This document shows, piece by piece, positions 38,401-54,031 of a stretch of DNA of 64,000 nucleotides. The position numbers were made by a program, and so were the translations under genes. The notes below the pieces were generated by a model that did not search any database, was not told the origin of the DNA, and worked only from the letters and a program-made list of their open reading frames with translations. This DNA is from Chrysomallon squamiferum (lineage: Eukaryota > Animalia > Mollusca): positions 9,610,001 to 9,674,000 of the forward strand of contig CM022666.1 of the NCBI GenBank assembly GCA_012295275.1. Reading direction: 5' to 3'. How positions within the stretch are numbered: position 1 is the stretch's first letter; each line of letters begins with the position of its first letter.

Positions 38401-41400
38401 GTATTAAGTATCAGTGTCATAGTCCAGTGTGTGAGTTTAAAACAAACACATCAGTACAAGTAGCACAAGTTCTAAACAGACAAAGTAAAAATCTACACAT
38501 AATTAACACACACACATTAGTTTGATAGCTGTAAAGCACACAATAAAATATGTTTACACATTTACATTTGCAGGCTGTTTTTCTCAGGTAATGTTATAAA
38601 GAAATGGACATTTAAACAGACCTAGAGTATACTGATGAAGACCTCAAAGGGTTAACATTATATAGTGTGAAACTTGTGGTTATTGAATACTAATGAAACG
38701 TCTCTTTCCGACAGTTTTTATTGTATCCACTGATCCTGATACCTGAAAGTGCTGTTTAATGCCTGAAAGTACCAGTCAGAGAAGTTTTACAGAAATTTCT
38801 TGCGAGCTAGTGAATATGAAGACATAATATAAATGAACATTCAGCTAATCAACAAAATACAACAACTTATTTAACAAGTCTCTGCAATCAAGATGTTATA
38901 CAATACTGTGCCAATTAGAGAACAAAACTTGTAAATAACAGGAGCAGTTGTAAAAATCCTAAATAAACACAAGACAATTTTCAACTGAAATGTATGTAAA
39001 GAGTTTCAGGTGAAAGAGATTTCAGCAATAACAAATGTTACTTGTGACAGATTGACATCAGTTGTCACATTTTGGAAAATACAGAACTACACATGTAACA
39101 ACACAAATTGGAGTTTGTGAGGATAGACACTGTGATGAAGAATTTCAAATATCTAAAAATACAGAGCTATTTAGACAGAAGTAAAACACATAATGTGTTA
39201 ACATGTTCATTTTGTATTAAGTATCAGTGTCATAGTCCAGTGTGTGAGTTTAAAACAAACACATCAGTACAAGTAGCACAAGTTCTAAACAGACAAAGTA
39301 AAAATCTACACATAATTAACACACACACATTAGTTTGATAGCTGTAAAGCACTCAATACAATATGTTTACACATTTACATTTGCAGGCTGCTTTTCTCAG
39401 GTAATGTTATTAAGAAATGGACATTTAAACAGACCTAGAGTACACTGATGAACACCTCAAAGGGTTGTGACAAACAGACATCAGATGTCACATTTTGGAA
39501 AATAAAGAACCTGAAGAAAATCTTGAAAGAATTAAATGAGTTTAATCTCTTACAGTTGAAATATTTTTCTACAACACAGACTTTATTTAGGAGCAGGTAA
39601 TAAAAGTCCTACATAAACACAACAAGACAATTTTCAACTGAAATGAATGTAAGGAGTTTCAGGTGACACAAGTTTTAGAAATAACAAATATTACTTGTGA
39701 CAAACAGAATTTAGATTTACATTTTGGAAAATACAGAACTAGACATGTAACAACTCAGATTGGAGTTTGTGTGGATGGACACTGAGACAAAGTGCAAATA
39801 TGTAAAACCAGACAGTTAGTTTTGACAGTTGTAAAACACATAATGCATTTACATGTTTACTTTGTAATTAAGTATTAGTGTCACAGTCCAGTGTTCGAGT
39901 TCAAAACAAACACATCAGCACACGTAATACAACTTCTAAACAGAGAAAGAGAACAGTACATGCAATTAACACAAACACACTAGTTTAGATAGCTTTAAAA
40001 TACACAATAAGATATGTTTTGCACATTTAAACTTGCACACTGCTTCTCTAAGGTAATGTTATTAAGAAATGGACACTTAAACTAATCTCAAGTAGACTGA
40101 TCAAGGCTTCAAATAGTTAACTGTGTTGGGTGAAACATGAGTTTCCTGAATACTAATGTTTGTAAAATAGAAACCATTAACTGGAAAGAATATTTCACTT
40201 ACACCTTCCCCTGGGTGGTAAAGCAGACAGTACAGATTGTGATAACCATTAGCTTTGGTTAGAAAAGGAAATAGTCCACTGCTGTTAATGTTTATAAAGT
40301 TTGACACGGAACTGTTCAAACTGATATAAAACACACAAGCTGTGAATGCAAGTTTTTTTTTTAATCTGTGGTGCTCTCTCAAAACCTGTAAGAATCTAAG
40401 AAAGATGACACATTTATATATTTGTGTATGTAACAAGAAGAAAATCTTGAAAGAATTAAATGAGTTTAATCAATCACAGGTGAAACATTTTTCTGCAACA
40501 GAGATTTTATTTTGGAGCAGGTAATAAAAGTCCTACATAAACACAACAAGGTAATTTTCAACTGAAATGAATGTAAGGAATTTCAGATGAAACAAATTTT
40601 TGTGACAAAAAATGTTAATTATGGCCAACTGAAATCACGTCACATTTTGGAAAATATAGAACTATATACACAAGAAAATAGATTGGAGTGTGTGTGGATG
40701 GACACTGTGATGAAGAATTTCTAATATCTAGAAATACAGAGCTAATTTTGTCAGATGAAAAGCAAGTTTGCATGTTTACTCATGTGCCAAGTATAAGTGT
40801 CATAGTCCAGTGTGTGAATTTAAAACAAACACATTAGTAGAAGTAACACAACTTCTAAATTGAGAAAGTAGAACACTACATGTAATTATTTTATTATTAT
40901 TACGTGTTTTTTTTTTTTCAACACAAACTCTCACTAGTTTTGTCAGCTGTAAAACACAAATAAAATATGTTTACAGCGTAAACTTTACACACACACATGC
41001 AACTGCTTCTCTGAGGAATTAAATATAAGCTTCAGCTAGATACAGAAATAGTCCACTCGTGTTAATATTTATTAAATTTGTCACAAAACTATTTAAACCG
41101 TGGTAAAACTCTCCAGTTATTAAACAAAACCCAAATTAAGTTTTTGTTTTAATCTGTGTCATCCTGTCAAAATTTCAGAATTTCAGAAAGATGACACATT
41201 TATATACTTGTATAAAACAAGAAGAAAATCGTGAAAGAATTAAATGAGTGTAACCTATCACAGGTGAAACATTTTTCTACAACAGAAATTCAATTTTGGA
41301 GCAGGTCATATGTCCTATATAAACACAAGACAATTTTCAGCTGAAATGTATGAAAGCAGTTTCAAGTGAAACAGATTTCAGCAATAACAAATGTTCCTTG

Positions 41401-44400
41401 TGACAGACAGAAAGCAGATGACACAGTTTGGAAAACTCAGAAGTAGGAATGTGAAAAAAATCAGATTGGAGGGTTATATAGGACAATGTAATGAAGAATT
41501 TCAACTATGAGAAGTACACAGTAGTTATGTCAGATGTAAAAAAACGTGACTACATGTTTACTCTTGTGTTAAATGTGTAGAATACAGAAATAATAGCCAT
41601 TGTTTCCTATTCTATAAAGGTCAGTATACAGAGTGTCCCAGAAGTCGCGCACCATATACATGTATATAATATTTTATTTTTTTTTTATTACAGATATGGG
41701 CGAAAAACTAACAATAAAAGAAAGAGTTAAATTGGTTTTTATGTTTGGAAAACATGGTGCAACATATCGCTCTGTAGCTGAAGAATTCAACTGTACTCAT
41801 CCTGAACAAGAAAAACCATTAAGCCATACTACAGTTTGCCGCTTGATTAAACATTTCCAAGAAACAGGTTCAGTTGCTGACCGTGAGAGATGTGGACGAA
41901 GAAAGAGTGCAACTAATGAAGAAACATCAGCAATGGTTTTAGCAAATGTTGCGAGAAGCCCCGTGAAATCAATAAGGAAAATAAGCCAGGAGCTAACAAT
42001 GAGCAAATCATCAATTCATCGTATTCTTAAGACACATAAATTTCATCCGTACAAAGTTCATCTTGTGCAAGCTCTACATGGCGATGACAATGATAGGCGA
42101 TTAAAGTTCTGTGAATGGGCGTGTAATCACATAGATTCTTCAATATTATTCAGTGATGAAGCAATTCCTAACTGGAATGAGGAAGGACATCATCAGACTA
42201 ACCCTTAGGGTATTTTGGTCTGGGCTGGAATATGGGAGGAGGAAATTGTTGGCCCTTATTTTTTTAATGTTGACAATATCACTGGAGAAACTTATTTAGA
42301 ATTTCTGCAAACCTTTTTGTCTGACTATTTTAAAAATGTTCCTGTAATTCGACAACAAAATTTCTTTTTTCAGCAAGATGGAGCGCCACCCCACTTTGCT
42401 ATTTCAGTACGTAACTACCTGAATCAGACTTTCCCTGACTGATGGATTGGGTGAAGAAGTCCTGTGGAGTGGCCACCTCGATCACCAGATCTGTCACCTC
42501 TTGACTATTTTCTTTGGGGACATCTTAAATCTGTTGTTTACCAGAATCGTCCACGAACTCTGAATGATTTGAAAGATGCAATAACAATTGAAAGTCAAAC
42601 AATTAGTAGCTTAAACCCTCAACAGAGTAAAAACAGTTTTATAAAGAGAATTGAAGTATGTATCAATGCAGAGGGCAAGCAATTTGAGCATTTGTTATGA
42701 TTATTATTAATAAAAATTTTATTCATATGTATCTAAATAAAAATCTTCATGGTGCGTGACTTCTGGGACACCCTGTATAATGTTTTAAAGTAATGATTTG
42801 GGAGTAAGTCCTAGCAAAATAGATTAAGATGACTGCCTCCTATTAGGAGCTTTTATTAGTACTGGGGATTGTATGGTCACTTGACCTGACCATATATGGC
42901 AACTGCTGCCTGGAATTTAACGGGGAGGGGGGCATTCTCAGAGAGCACTTTCACCTTGGACATTGCAGGACCTTATACAACTGCTAGTGAAAGAAGGCAT
43001 TTTTACATTTGGTTTCAACATATTTGCTACAGATCAGCTAAAATCTATAGTTAATTTAGATTTATTGCTTTCATTTTAATATTTATATATCAGGGATTAC
43101 CTAATATTAAAGCCCTCTAATTAGACAGTGAATTTATGTAGTGAGTAACTAGTGGGTTACATACATATATATACATTATCAATTATATTATACCTACGTA
43201 TCATGTGACTAGATCTGCTTACCCTGCTCCATTACAAGGGTAAGTGTTATAGTCCAGTGTGTGAGTTAAAAACAAACACCTCAGTACAAGTAACAGAACT
43301 TTTAAACAGAAAAACAAGAAATTTACATCCTATTAACATACTAGTTTTTATAGCTATAAAATTCACAATATGTTTGCACATTTAAACTTGAAGACAGCTT
43401 CTCTCAGGTAATGTTATTCAGAAATGGACACTTAAACTGACCTAAAGCAGACTGATCAAGTCTTCAAAGGGTTAGCATTGTGTAGTGTGAAACTTGTGGT
43501 TATTGAATACTAATGAAGTCTTTTTCTAACATTTTGATTATATCTACTGCTCCTGATACCTGAAACAAGAAAACTGCTCTGTATGAAGTCTGAAAATACC
43601 AGTCAGACAAGTCTTACAAAAATTACCTTGAATGCAAAGATACAATGTAAGTTATATAATGTCTACATTCAGCTAATGAACAAAATACAACTTATTTAAC
43701 ACATCTCTCCAATCAAGTGTGTTACAAATACTGAGCAGAATAGAGAGCAAAGCCTCTAAATAACAGGATCAGGTAATAAAAGTCCTACATAAACACAACA
43801 AGACAATTTTCAATTGAAATGTATGTAAGGAGTTTCAGGTGAAAGAGATTTCAGCAATAACAAATGTTACTTGTGACAGACTGTCACATTTTCGAAAATA
43901 CAGAACTAGACATATAACAACACAGATTGGATGTCTGTTGATGAACACTGTGACAATGAAGTTTAAGTATGTAAAAATTCATAACTAGTTTTGAGAGCTG
44001 TAAAACATGATGTGTTTACACTTACTTTGTATTAGGTGTAAGTGTCATAACACAACTTTAAAACACAGACTGTAGAACTCTACTTGTAATTAATAGAAAA
44101 ACATTAGTTTTAATAGCTGTAAAACACACAATAAAATATGTTTACACATTTAGCTATTTAGACAGATATGTTTAGCTATTTAGACATGTAAAACACAATG
44201 TGTTAACGTTCATTTTGTATCAAGAAGTATCAGTGTCATAGTCCAGTGTGTGAGTTTAAAACAAACACATCAGTACAAGTAGCACAAGTTCTAAACAGAG
44301 AAAGTAAAAAACTACACATAATTAACACACACACACATTAGTTTGATAGCTGTAAAGCACACAACAAAATATGTTTACACATTTACTTAAGTAGTCCTAA

Positions 44401-47400
44401 TGTAGACTGATCAACCCTTCACATGGTTAACAGTGTGAGACAGCTATAGTGTGAGACTTGTGTTTATTAAATACTAATGATTCTAAGGTAGAAACCAGCT
44501 GTCTTCTTTCACTGAGATAAACTTATAACAAATGTTACTTGTGATAGATTGACATAAGTTGTCACATTTTGGAAAATACAGAACTACACATGTAACAACA
44601 CAAATTGGAGTTTGTGAGGATAGACACTGTGATGAAGAATTTCAAATATCTAAAAATACAGAGCTATTTAGACAGAAGTAAAACACATAATGTGTTAACA
44701 TGTTCATTTTGTATTAAGAAGTATCAGTGTCATAGTCCAGTGTGTGAGTTTAAAACAAACACATCAGTACAAGTAGCACAAGTTCTAAACAGACAAAGTA
44801 AAAATCTACACATAATTAACACACACACACTAGTTTGATAGCTGTAAAGAACACAATAAAATATGTTTACACATTTACATTTGCAGGCTGTTTTTCTGGA
44901 CATTTTAAAGAAATGGACATTTAAACAGACCTAGAGTATACTGATGAAGACCTCAAAGGGTTAACATTATATAGTGTGAAACTTGTGGTTATTGAATACT
45001 AATGAAACGTCTCTTTCCGACAGTTTTTATTGTATCCACTGATCCTGATACCTGAAAGTGCTGTTTAATGCCTGAAAGTACCAGTCAGAGAAGTTTTACA
45101 GAAATTTCTTGCGAGCTAGTGAATATGAAGACATAATATAAATCAACATTCAGCTAATCAACAAAATACAACAACTTATTTAACAAGTCTCTGCAATCAA
45201 GATGTTATACAATACTGTGCCAATTAGAGAACAAAACTTGTAAATAACAGGAGCAGTTGTAAAAAATCCTAAATAAACACAACAAGACAATTTTCAACTG
45301 AAATGTATGTAAGGAGTTTCAGGTGAAAGAGATTTCAGCAATAACAAATGTTACTTGTGACAGATTGACATCAGTTGTCACATTTTGGAAAATACAGAAC
45401 TACACATGTAACAACACAGATTGGAGTTTGTGAGGATAGACATTGTGATGAAGAATTTCAAATATCTAAAAATACAGAGCTATTTAGACAGATGTAAAAC
45501 ACATAATGTGTTAACATGTTCATTTTGTATTAAGAAGTATCAGTGTCACAGTCCAGTGTGTGAGTTTAAAACAAACATCAGTACAAGTAGCACAAGTTCT
45601 AAACAGAGAAAGTAAAAATCTACACATAATTAACACACACACACTAGTTTGATAGCTGTAAAGCACAAAATACAATATGTTTACACATTTACATTTGCAG
45701 GCTGCTTTTCTCAGGTAATGTTATTAAGAAATGGACATTTAAACAGACCTAGAGTACACTGATGAACACCTCAAAGGGTTGTGACAAACAGACATCAGAT
45801 GTCACATTTTGGAAAATAAAGAACTTGAAGAAAATCTTGAAAGAATTAAATGAGTTTAATCTCTTACAGTTGAAAATTTTTTCTACAACACAGACTTTAT
45901 TTAGGAGCAGGTAATAAAAGTCCTACATAAACACAACAAGACAATTTTCAACTGAAATGAATGTAAGGAGTTTCAGGTGACACAAGTTTTAGAAATAACA
46001 AATATTACTTGTGACAAACAGAATTTAGATGTTACATTTTGGAAAATACAAAACTAGGTATGTGTCAACTCAGATTGGAGTGTGTGTGGATGTACACTGT
46101 CACAATGAAGGTCAAGTATGTAAAACTACACTGTCATAGTCCAGTGTGTGTTTTTAGAACAAACACATGAGTACAAGTAACAACTTCAAAACAGAAAAAC
46201 TAGAAATCTATGTTATTAACATACTAGTTTTAACATTTCAGCAGTAACAAATGTTACTTGTGACAGTTGTCACATTTTGGAAAATACAGACAGGAGTTTG
46301 TGTGGATAGACACTGCGATGAAGAATTTCAATTATCTAAAAATACAGAGCTATTTAGACAGAAGTAAAACACATAATGTGTTAGCATGTTCATTTTGTAT
46401 CAAGAAGTATCAGTGTCATAGTCCAGTGTGTGAGTTTAAAACAAACACATCAGTACAAGTAGCACAAGTTCTAAACAGAGAAAGTAAAAATCTACACATA
46501 ATTAACACACACACACTAGTTTGATAGCTGTAAAGAACACAATAAAATATGTTTACACATTTACATTTGCAGGCTGTTTTTCTCAGGTAATGTTATAAAG
46601 AAATGGACATTTAAACAGACCTAGAGTATACTGATGAAGACCTCAAAGGGTTAACATTATATAGTGTGAAACTTGTGGTTATTGAATACTAATGAAACGT
46701 CTCTTTCCGACAGTTTTTATTGTATCCACTGATCCTGATACCTGAAAGTGCTGTTTAATGCCTGAAAGTACCAGTCAGAGAAGTTTTACAGAAATTTCTT
46801 GCGAGCTAGTGAATATGAAGACATAATATAAATCAACATTCAGCTAATCAACAAAATACAACAACTTATTTAACAAGTCTCTGCAATCAAGATGTTATAC
46901 AATACTGTGCCAATTAGAGAACAAAACTTGTAAATAACAGGAGCAGTTGTAAAAAATCCTAAATAAACACAACAAGACAATTTTCAACTGAAATGTATGT
47001 AAGGAGTTTCAGGTGAAAGAGATTTCAGCAATAACAAATGTTACTTGTGACAGATTGACATCAGTTGTCACATTTTGGAAAATACAGAACTACACATGTA
47101 ACAACACAGATTGGAGTTTGTGAGGATAGACATTGTGATGAAGAATTTCAAATATCTAAAAATACAGAGCTATTTAGACAGATGTAAAACACATAATGTG
47201 TTAACATGTTCATTTTGTATTAAGAAGTATCAGTGTCACAGTCCAGTGTGTGAGTTTAAAACAAACATCAGTACAAGTAGCACAAGTTCTAAACAGAGAA
47301 AGTAAAAATCTACACATAATTAACACACACACACTAGTTTGATAGCTGTAAAGCACAAAATACAATATGTTTACACATTTACATTTGCAGGCTGCTTTTC

Positions 47401-50400
47401 TCAGGTAATGTTATTAAGAAATGGACATTTAAACAGACCTAGAGTACACTGATGAACACCTCAAAGGGTTGTGACAAACAGACATCAGATGTCACATTTT
47501 GGAAAATAAAGAACTTGAAGAAAATCTTGAAAGAATTAAATGAGTTTAATCTCTTACAGTTGAAAATTTTTTCTACAACACAGACTTTATTTAGGAGCAG
47601 GTAATAAAAGTCCTACATAAACACAACAAGACAATTTTCAACTGAAATGAATGTAAGGAGTTTCAGGTGACACAAGTTTTAGAAATAACAAATATTACTT
47701 GTGACAAACAGAATTTAGATGTTACATTTTGGAAAATACAAAACTAGGTATGTGTCAACTCAGATTGGAGTGTGTGTGGATGTACACTGTCACAATGAAG
47801 GTCAAGTATGTAAAACTACACTGTCATAGTCCAGTGTGTGTTTTTAGAACAAACACATGAGTACAAGTAACAACTTCAAAACAGAAAAACTAGAAATCTA
47901 TGTTATTAACATACTAGTTTTAACATTTCAGCAGTAACAAATGTTACTTGTGACAGTTGTCACATTTTGGAAAATACAGACAGGAGTTTGTGTGGATAGA
48001 CACTGCGATGAAGAATTTCAATTATCTAAAAATACAGAGCTATTTAGACAGAAGTAAAACACATAATGTGTTAGCATGTTCATTTTGTATCAAGAAGTAT
48101 CAGTGTCATAGTCCAGTGTGTGAGTTTAAAACAAACACATCAGTACAAGTAGCACAAGTTCTAAACAGAGAAAGTAAAAATCTACACATAATTAACACAC
48201 ACACACTAGTTTGATAGCTGTAAAGAACACAATAAAATATGTTTACACATTTACATTTGCAGGCTGTTTTTCTCAGGTAATGTTATAAAAAAAAATGGAC
48301 ATTTAAACAGACCTACAGTATACTGATGAAGACCTCAAAGGGTTAACATTATATAGTGTGAAACTTGTGGTTATTGAATACTAATGAAACGTCTCTTTCC
48401 GACAGTTTTTATTGTATCCACTGATCCTGATACCTGAAAGTGCTGTTTAATGCCTGAAAGTACCAGTCAGAGAAGTTTTACAGAAATTTCTTGCGAGCTA
48501 GTGAATATGAAGACATAATATAAATCAACATTCAGCTAACCAACAAAATACAACAACTTATTTAACAAGTCTCTGCAATCAAGATGTTATACAATACTGT
48601 GCCAATTAGAGAACAAAACTTGTAAATAACAGGAGCAGTTGTAAAAAATCCTAAATAAACACAACAAGACAATTTTCAACTGAAATGTATGTAAGGAGTT
48701 TCAGGTGAAAGAGATTTCAGCAATAACAAATGTTATTTGTGACAGATTGACATCAGTTGTCACATTTTGGAAAATACAGAACTACACATGTAACAACACA
48801 GATTGGAGTTTGTGAGGATAGACATTGTGATGAAGAATTTCAAATATCTAAAAATACAGAGCTATTTAGACAGAAGTAAAACACATAATGTGTTAACATG
48901 TTCATTTTGTATTAAGAAGTATCAGTGTCACAGTCCAGTGTGTGAGTTTAAAACAAACATCAGTACAAGTAGCACAAGTTCTAAACAGACAAAGTAGAAA
49001 ACTACATGTAATTAACACAGACACATTAGTTTGATAGCTGTAAAGCACACAATAAAATATATTTACACATTTACATTTGCAGGCTGCTTTTCTCAGGTAA
49101 TGTTATTAAGAAATGGACATTTAAACAGACCTAGAGTACACTGATGAACACCTCAAAGGGTTGTGACAAACAGACATCAGATGTCACATTTTAGAAAATA
49201 AAGAACCTGAAGAAAATCTTGAAAGAATTAAATGAGTTTAATCTCTTACAGTTGAAATATTTTTCTACAACACAGACTTTATTTAGGAGCAGGTAATAAA
49301 AGTCCTACATAAACACAACAAGACAATTTTCAACTGAAATGAATGTAAGGAGTTTCAGGTGACACAAGTTTTAGAAATAACAAATATTACTTGTGACAAA
49401 CAGAATTTAGATTTACATTTTGGAAAATACAGAACTAGACATGTAACAACTCAGATTGGAGTTTGTGTGGGTGAACACTGTACCAAAGTGCAAATATGTA
49501 AAACCAGACAGTTAGTTTTGACAGTTGTAACACACATAATGCATTTACATGTTTACTTTGTATTAAGTATTAGTGTCATAGTTCAAAACAAACACATCAG
49601 TACAAGAAATACAACTTCTAAACAGAGAAAGTAGAAGAGTACATGTAATTAACACAAACACACTAGTTTTGATAGCTTTAAAATACACAATAAGATATTT
49701 TTACATATTTAAACTTGTAGATAGCTTCTGTAAGGTAATGTTATTAAGAAATGGGACACTTAAGCAGTCCTAATGTAGACTAATCAACCCTTCACAATGA
49801 GACAGCTACAGTGTGAGACTTGTGTTTATTAAATACTAATGATTCTAAGGTAGAAATTAGCTGTCTTCTTTCACTGAGATAAACTTGGCCATTAGCCATT
49901 AACAGGAAAGAATATTTGACTTATACTTTCCCCTGGGTGGGAAAGCACATAACACAGATTGTGTTAAACATTAGCTTTGGTTAGAACAGTAAATAGCTGA
50001 TGTTAATATTTATAAAGTTTGTCATAAAAGTGTCTAAAACTGATGTAAAACTCTCCAGTTATTAAACAAAACGTGAATGTAAGTTTTTGTTTTAATCTGT
50101 GGCATTCTCTCAAAACCTGTAAGAATCTAAGAAAGATGACACATTTATATACTTGTGTTCTAAACAAGAAGAAGAAAAAAATCTTGAAAGAATTAAATCA
50201 ATTTTATCAATCACAGGTGAAACATTTTACTACAAGAGAAATTTTATTTCAGAGCAGGTAAAAAAAGTACTTACATAAAACAAGACACTTTTGAAATTAA
50301 ATGAATGTAAGGCATTTCAGGTAAAACAAATTTTACTTGTGGCAAATTAAAATTAGAAGTCATGTCTGGGAAAATTCAGAAATAGGTATGTAACAACTCA

Positions 50401-50700
50401 AATTGGAGGTTGTGTGGATGGATGCTGTGACAAAGAATTTCAAATATGCAAAAACAGAGCTAGTTTTGACATCTGTAAAATGCATAATCTGTTTACAAGT
50501 TTACTTAGTGTTAAGTGTAAGTGTCATAGTCCAGTGTATGAGCTCAAAACAAACACATCAGTAGAAGTAACACAACTTCCAAACAGAGAAAAAAGATGTC
50601 CACATGTAATTAACACAAACACATTATTTTTATCAGCTGTAAAAATGTATTTAAGGAGTTTGAGGTAAAACATGTTACTTGTGAATGGCTGACATCAGTT
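35420..50700 (+). repeat. Complex modular tandem-repeat domain with two homogeneous arrays (~36540-39760 and ~44130-49440)
   Basis: Same core and linkers as 1-17830. ORF-track starts at 45421, 47111 and 48803 give a period of ~1690 bp. Confidence 0.95.
41629..42775 (+). mobile_element. DD41D (rosa/Visitor) Tc1/mariner transposon, same insertion as 839-2005
   Basis: Identical TIRs and TA duplication, same flanks. Transposase 41696-42700 has an intact N-terminal half and the same two TGA stops. Confidence 0.93.
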
Positions 50701-52175
50701 CTCACATTCTGGTAAATAATGAACTAGATAAAGTACAACTGAAGAGACTCTGATTACAAACAAGCAACTTGAAACTGGCATGGTAGGTTTCAGCATGACA
50801 TGGAACACTAACATGACCCAACATTTTAGAGTTCCTGAAGAAAGAGGAGATAAGACAATATGGCAGGCAGCCAAGCACCAAACACGATGGAAATGGTGAG
50901 ACACAATAGAAAAAGTCCTCTATTAGCATACAATGCATGACTTTCGACACACCTACAACTGAAATAAACATGATCATTAACATAACTATAATCCCAAGAT
51001 GAGAAACCACATATATTGTTACTTTGGTAAATCAGAACTTTGGATAGAATAGGAACTTTTGGATGGATTTGTGATATCCTGAAAAAATGATATCAAAGTG
51101 TCTCATTTTTACATACTCATATACAATTTATATAAACCATAGCCATAAATATAAATATTTGTATATACGTTTGTGAAAGTATACATTTTTTATCTTTATA
51201 CAGATTGATGGATAAATACACATCTATAGACATACTGAAAAGAAAACAATTGTAAAATATTGTCTTATTTTTATTTAATAAAGTATTATTTTAACAGTAA
51301 TATATAATTTAAAAAAAAAAAAAACCCAAAAAACTTATTTTATTGATAAAAGGAAACATGTCAAGATAATTGTTTTACAAATAATACATTTATTTTTATA
51401 AAGAAGAAAAATAATTTTACCACATGCAGTTTGCAATCGTTTTTTGGCACTTTCTGGATAGAATTAATCTTGTATTTGAAATAAATTATATGTTTGTATA
51501 AATAACCTTTTTGGCATATAATAATAATAGTGTTGTTGTTATTATTTTTATTGCAATATACAGTATGAATGATTAAAATGTTTCTTTTTATTCCTCTAAT
51601 GGTATGAAGATAAGGGAAATTGATCATGTTCAGCTGTATTCCCATACAAGATTCCTGTATTACTAAAGAAGAATATGTACATTTTTATCTTTAAAATTAG
51701 CTACTAGAACAAAATAACTATTTTGAGCATGGGCTGGTCACCAGTGACAAATAAAACAATCATTCAGTATTAAGCACAGCAATTTGTGAGCACCACCAAA
51801 GCAGCACTCAAAAACTAACAAAACAAGTTATTTTAAAATCAAACACACTGCTAATCTGTTTCTCCAAACATCATACATCAATAATAATGGTTTTGACAGG
51901 ATGTAGATAATGAAATGAAATGGTAACAATATCTGGGGGTTCTATATTAGTTAATTTATGATAAAAATGAAGACTTCAAATAACATACAAGTCATTCTGT
52001 GTTGATTTAAAATTGATGGGCACATTTTATATTTTATACACACTACATATTGTGAAAAGGAATATTTATTAAAATTTGCCAGGCTTAAAAAATATCTTTC
52101 AGACAATGTGCATAACTTTATGAATAATATTTATTATTTTTTCATGTAAAGGAATATCTATATAAATGAAGCTAC

Positions 52176-52215
<40 letters not shown>

Positions 52216-53974
52216 GATTTTAAACCTACTCTAAATCTCAATTTTTTATCTCAATAAATAGGAGCATTTGATACAAATTTCAGGCAATTGGTTTGTAATA
52301 TATTAACAGCAAAAACTGGAATATATTAAACACAAAAAGTTACTTATTTTCAATGAAGTGTTACTCTTACACTATTGTGAGTCAATCACTTCATGATTTT
52401 TCACCGTTTCAATAATTTTATTAAATTTATATTCGTTTCACTGGTTGTTTTTTAAAAAACTTTTTAGAATATAAATCTTATCATTACATATATAAAAATA
52501 TCTCAAAATGGTTTTGTTCACACACATATAATAATATTTCAATATTTTTCTAATAAATATAGAAAAAAAAAATCTTATATATATGTAAGAAAAAATAATT
52601 AGAAAAGGAAAATGTAGAAAACCTTTACCATCTACTGCTGATTATAAAGTCCAGTGCACATTTATTAGTATAAAGTATTTGTAAAATTAATTAATATTAT
52701 ACTGCAAATACATAAATCTTCATCAGATGAAGAATAAACTGACTGAGCATTTATCCGATTGTCTGAATACGTTGCTCATTTCAACTAAAAAACCATTTTA
52801 TATCCAAGTATATTAAAGCATTGATAGTGTGAATTTGATACTATAAAAGTATTTGCATATGGGGAAAAAAAAATACATTCAATTTTAAAATATGGTATAA
52901 AAACAAAGCAAAACATTTTTTTTAATAATTTCCTCTAAAAATTTTTGTTTTTATGGCACAGCTTAGTATATATGTAAAGAAAGATAAGAATAAAATGCCC
53001 AATATAATTTTGTTTCGTTGTAGTAACTTTAGATATTTGCTAATAACACACACACACACACACATTATACATAAAATTAAGTACAGCAACTTCTGTATTT
53101 CGATGTATGTAAAAATGATACTTTGAAAACAAATAAAACCAAATCATTTTTTTTATTTTTTTTTTTTAATAAATGATAGACTTATATGGCAAATATGAAT
53201 AATATTTCTCTAAAAAAAATGTAATTAATTAATAATAATAAATGAAAAATATGAAATGAATAGTATAAAATGACATCTGTAATAAAAAAAAAAATTCAGC
53301 AGCTTCTATGCATTTTTATACTTTATTATAAGCAAAGTTTTTTGAAATGTAAAAAAAAAAAAATAATAATAATAATTAAAATCTCATTATATAAAATATA
53401 TATCTGGACTGTTTATATTTTTAATCATTTTCAAAATACACAAATTTTTTAGTTCAAACAAAAGGTTAAATAAACACACCTCCTAATGACCTAGCATTTA
53501 CTGTATAAAACCTACACTGAATCAACATTAAATTTTATAAAACAAAAATATATATAAAAATAAAATTTACAAGACCAAAAAAATTAAGATTGGCCACACA
53601 CCTATACATGGATTTAAAATATACTGAAACTATTTAAAGATACTAAAACTTTTGATTCAGTTGTATAAGTACCTCTCTTTAACGTAACAAAAAATTAGAT
53701 CTTATAACACCAAAATGTTATAAAAAAATGTTTAACATACAGAAATTTACCTTAACTGTACTTAAACTAGTTCTCTTCGGCTTCAAATTTTTTTAATTGT
53801 TTTTACAAAATTAAAAAAAAAAAAGTTACACAAATTGTTATATATACAGTATTATACAAAATTAGTTTTAGGATAGAAAAAAATACATGTTTAGAAAAAA
53901 TTACAAGGCAGTTTATATTAGTGATTCCTAATGTTTTGATGTCGCATCCCCTGATGTCAAGATGAGTTTTTGGT

Positions 53975-54031
53975 TCAGCTTCCCACTGTAAAACCCATCT
54001 CCTCCAAAATGGATCTCGGTTCATCAGATTC
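53975..54031 (-). CDS. Candidate alternative last exon C of an unidentified gene: ESDEPRSILEEMGFTVGS*
   Basis: Strong acceptor tttctccatttctcatatag|; GC-elevated island in AT-rich DNA; phase-0 peptide shares its pattern with exons A and B. Confidence 0.5.
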   Translation of the reverse strand, partial: ESDEPRSILEEMGFTVGS

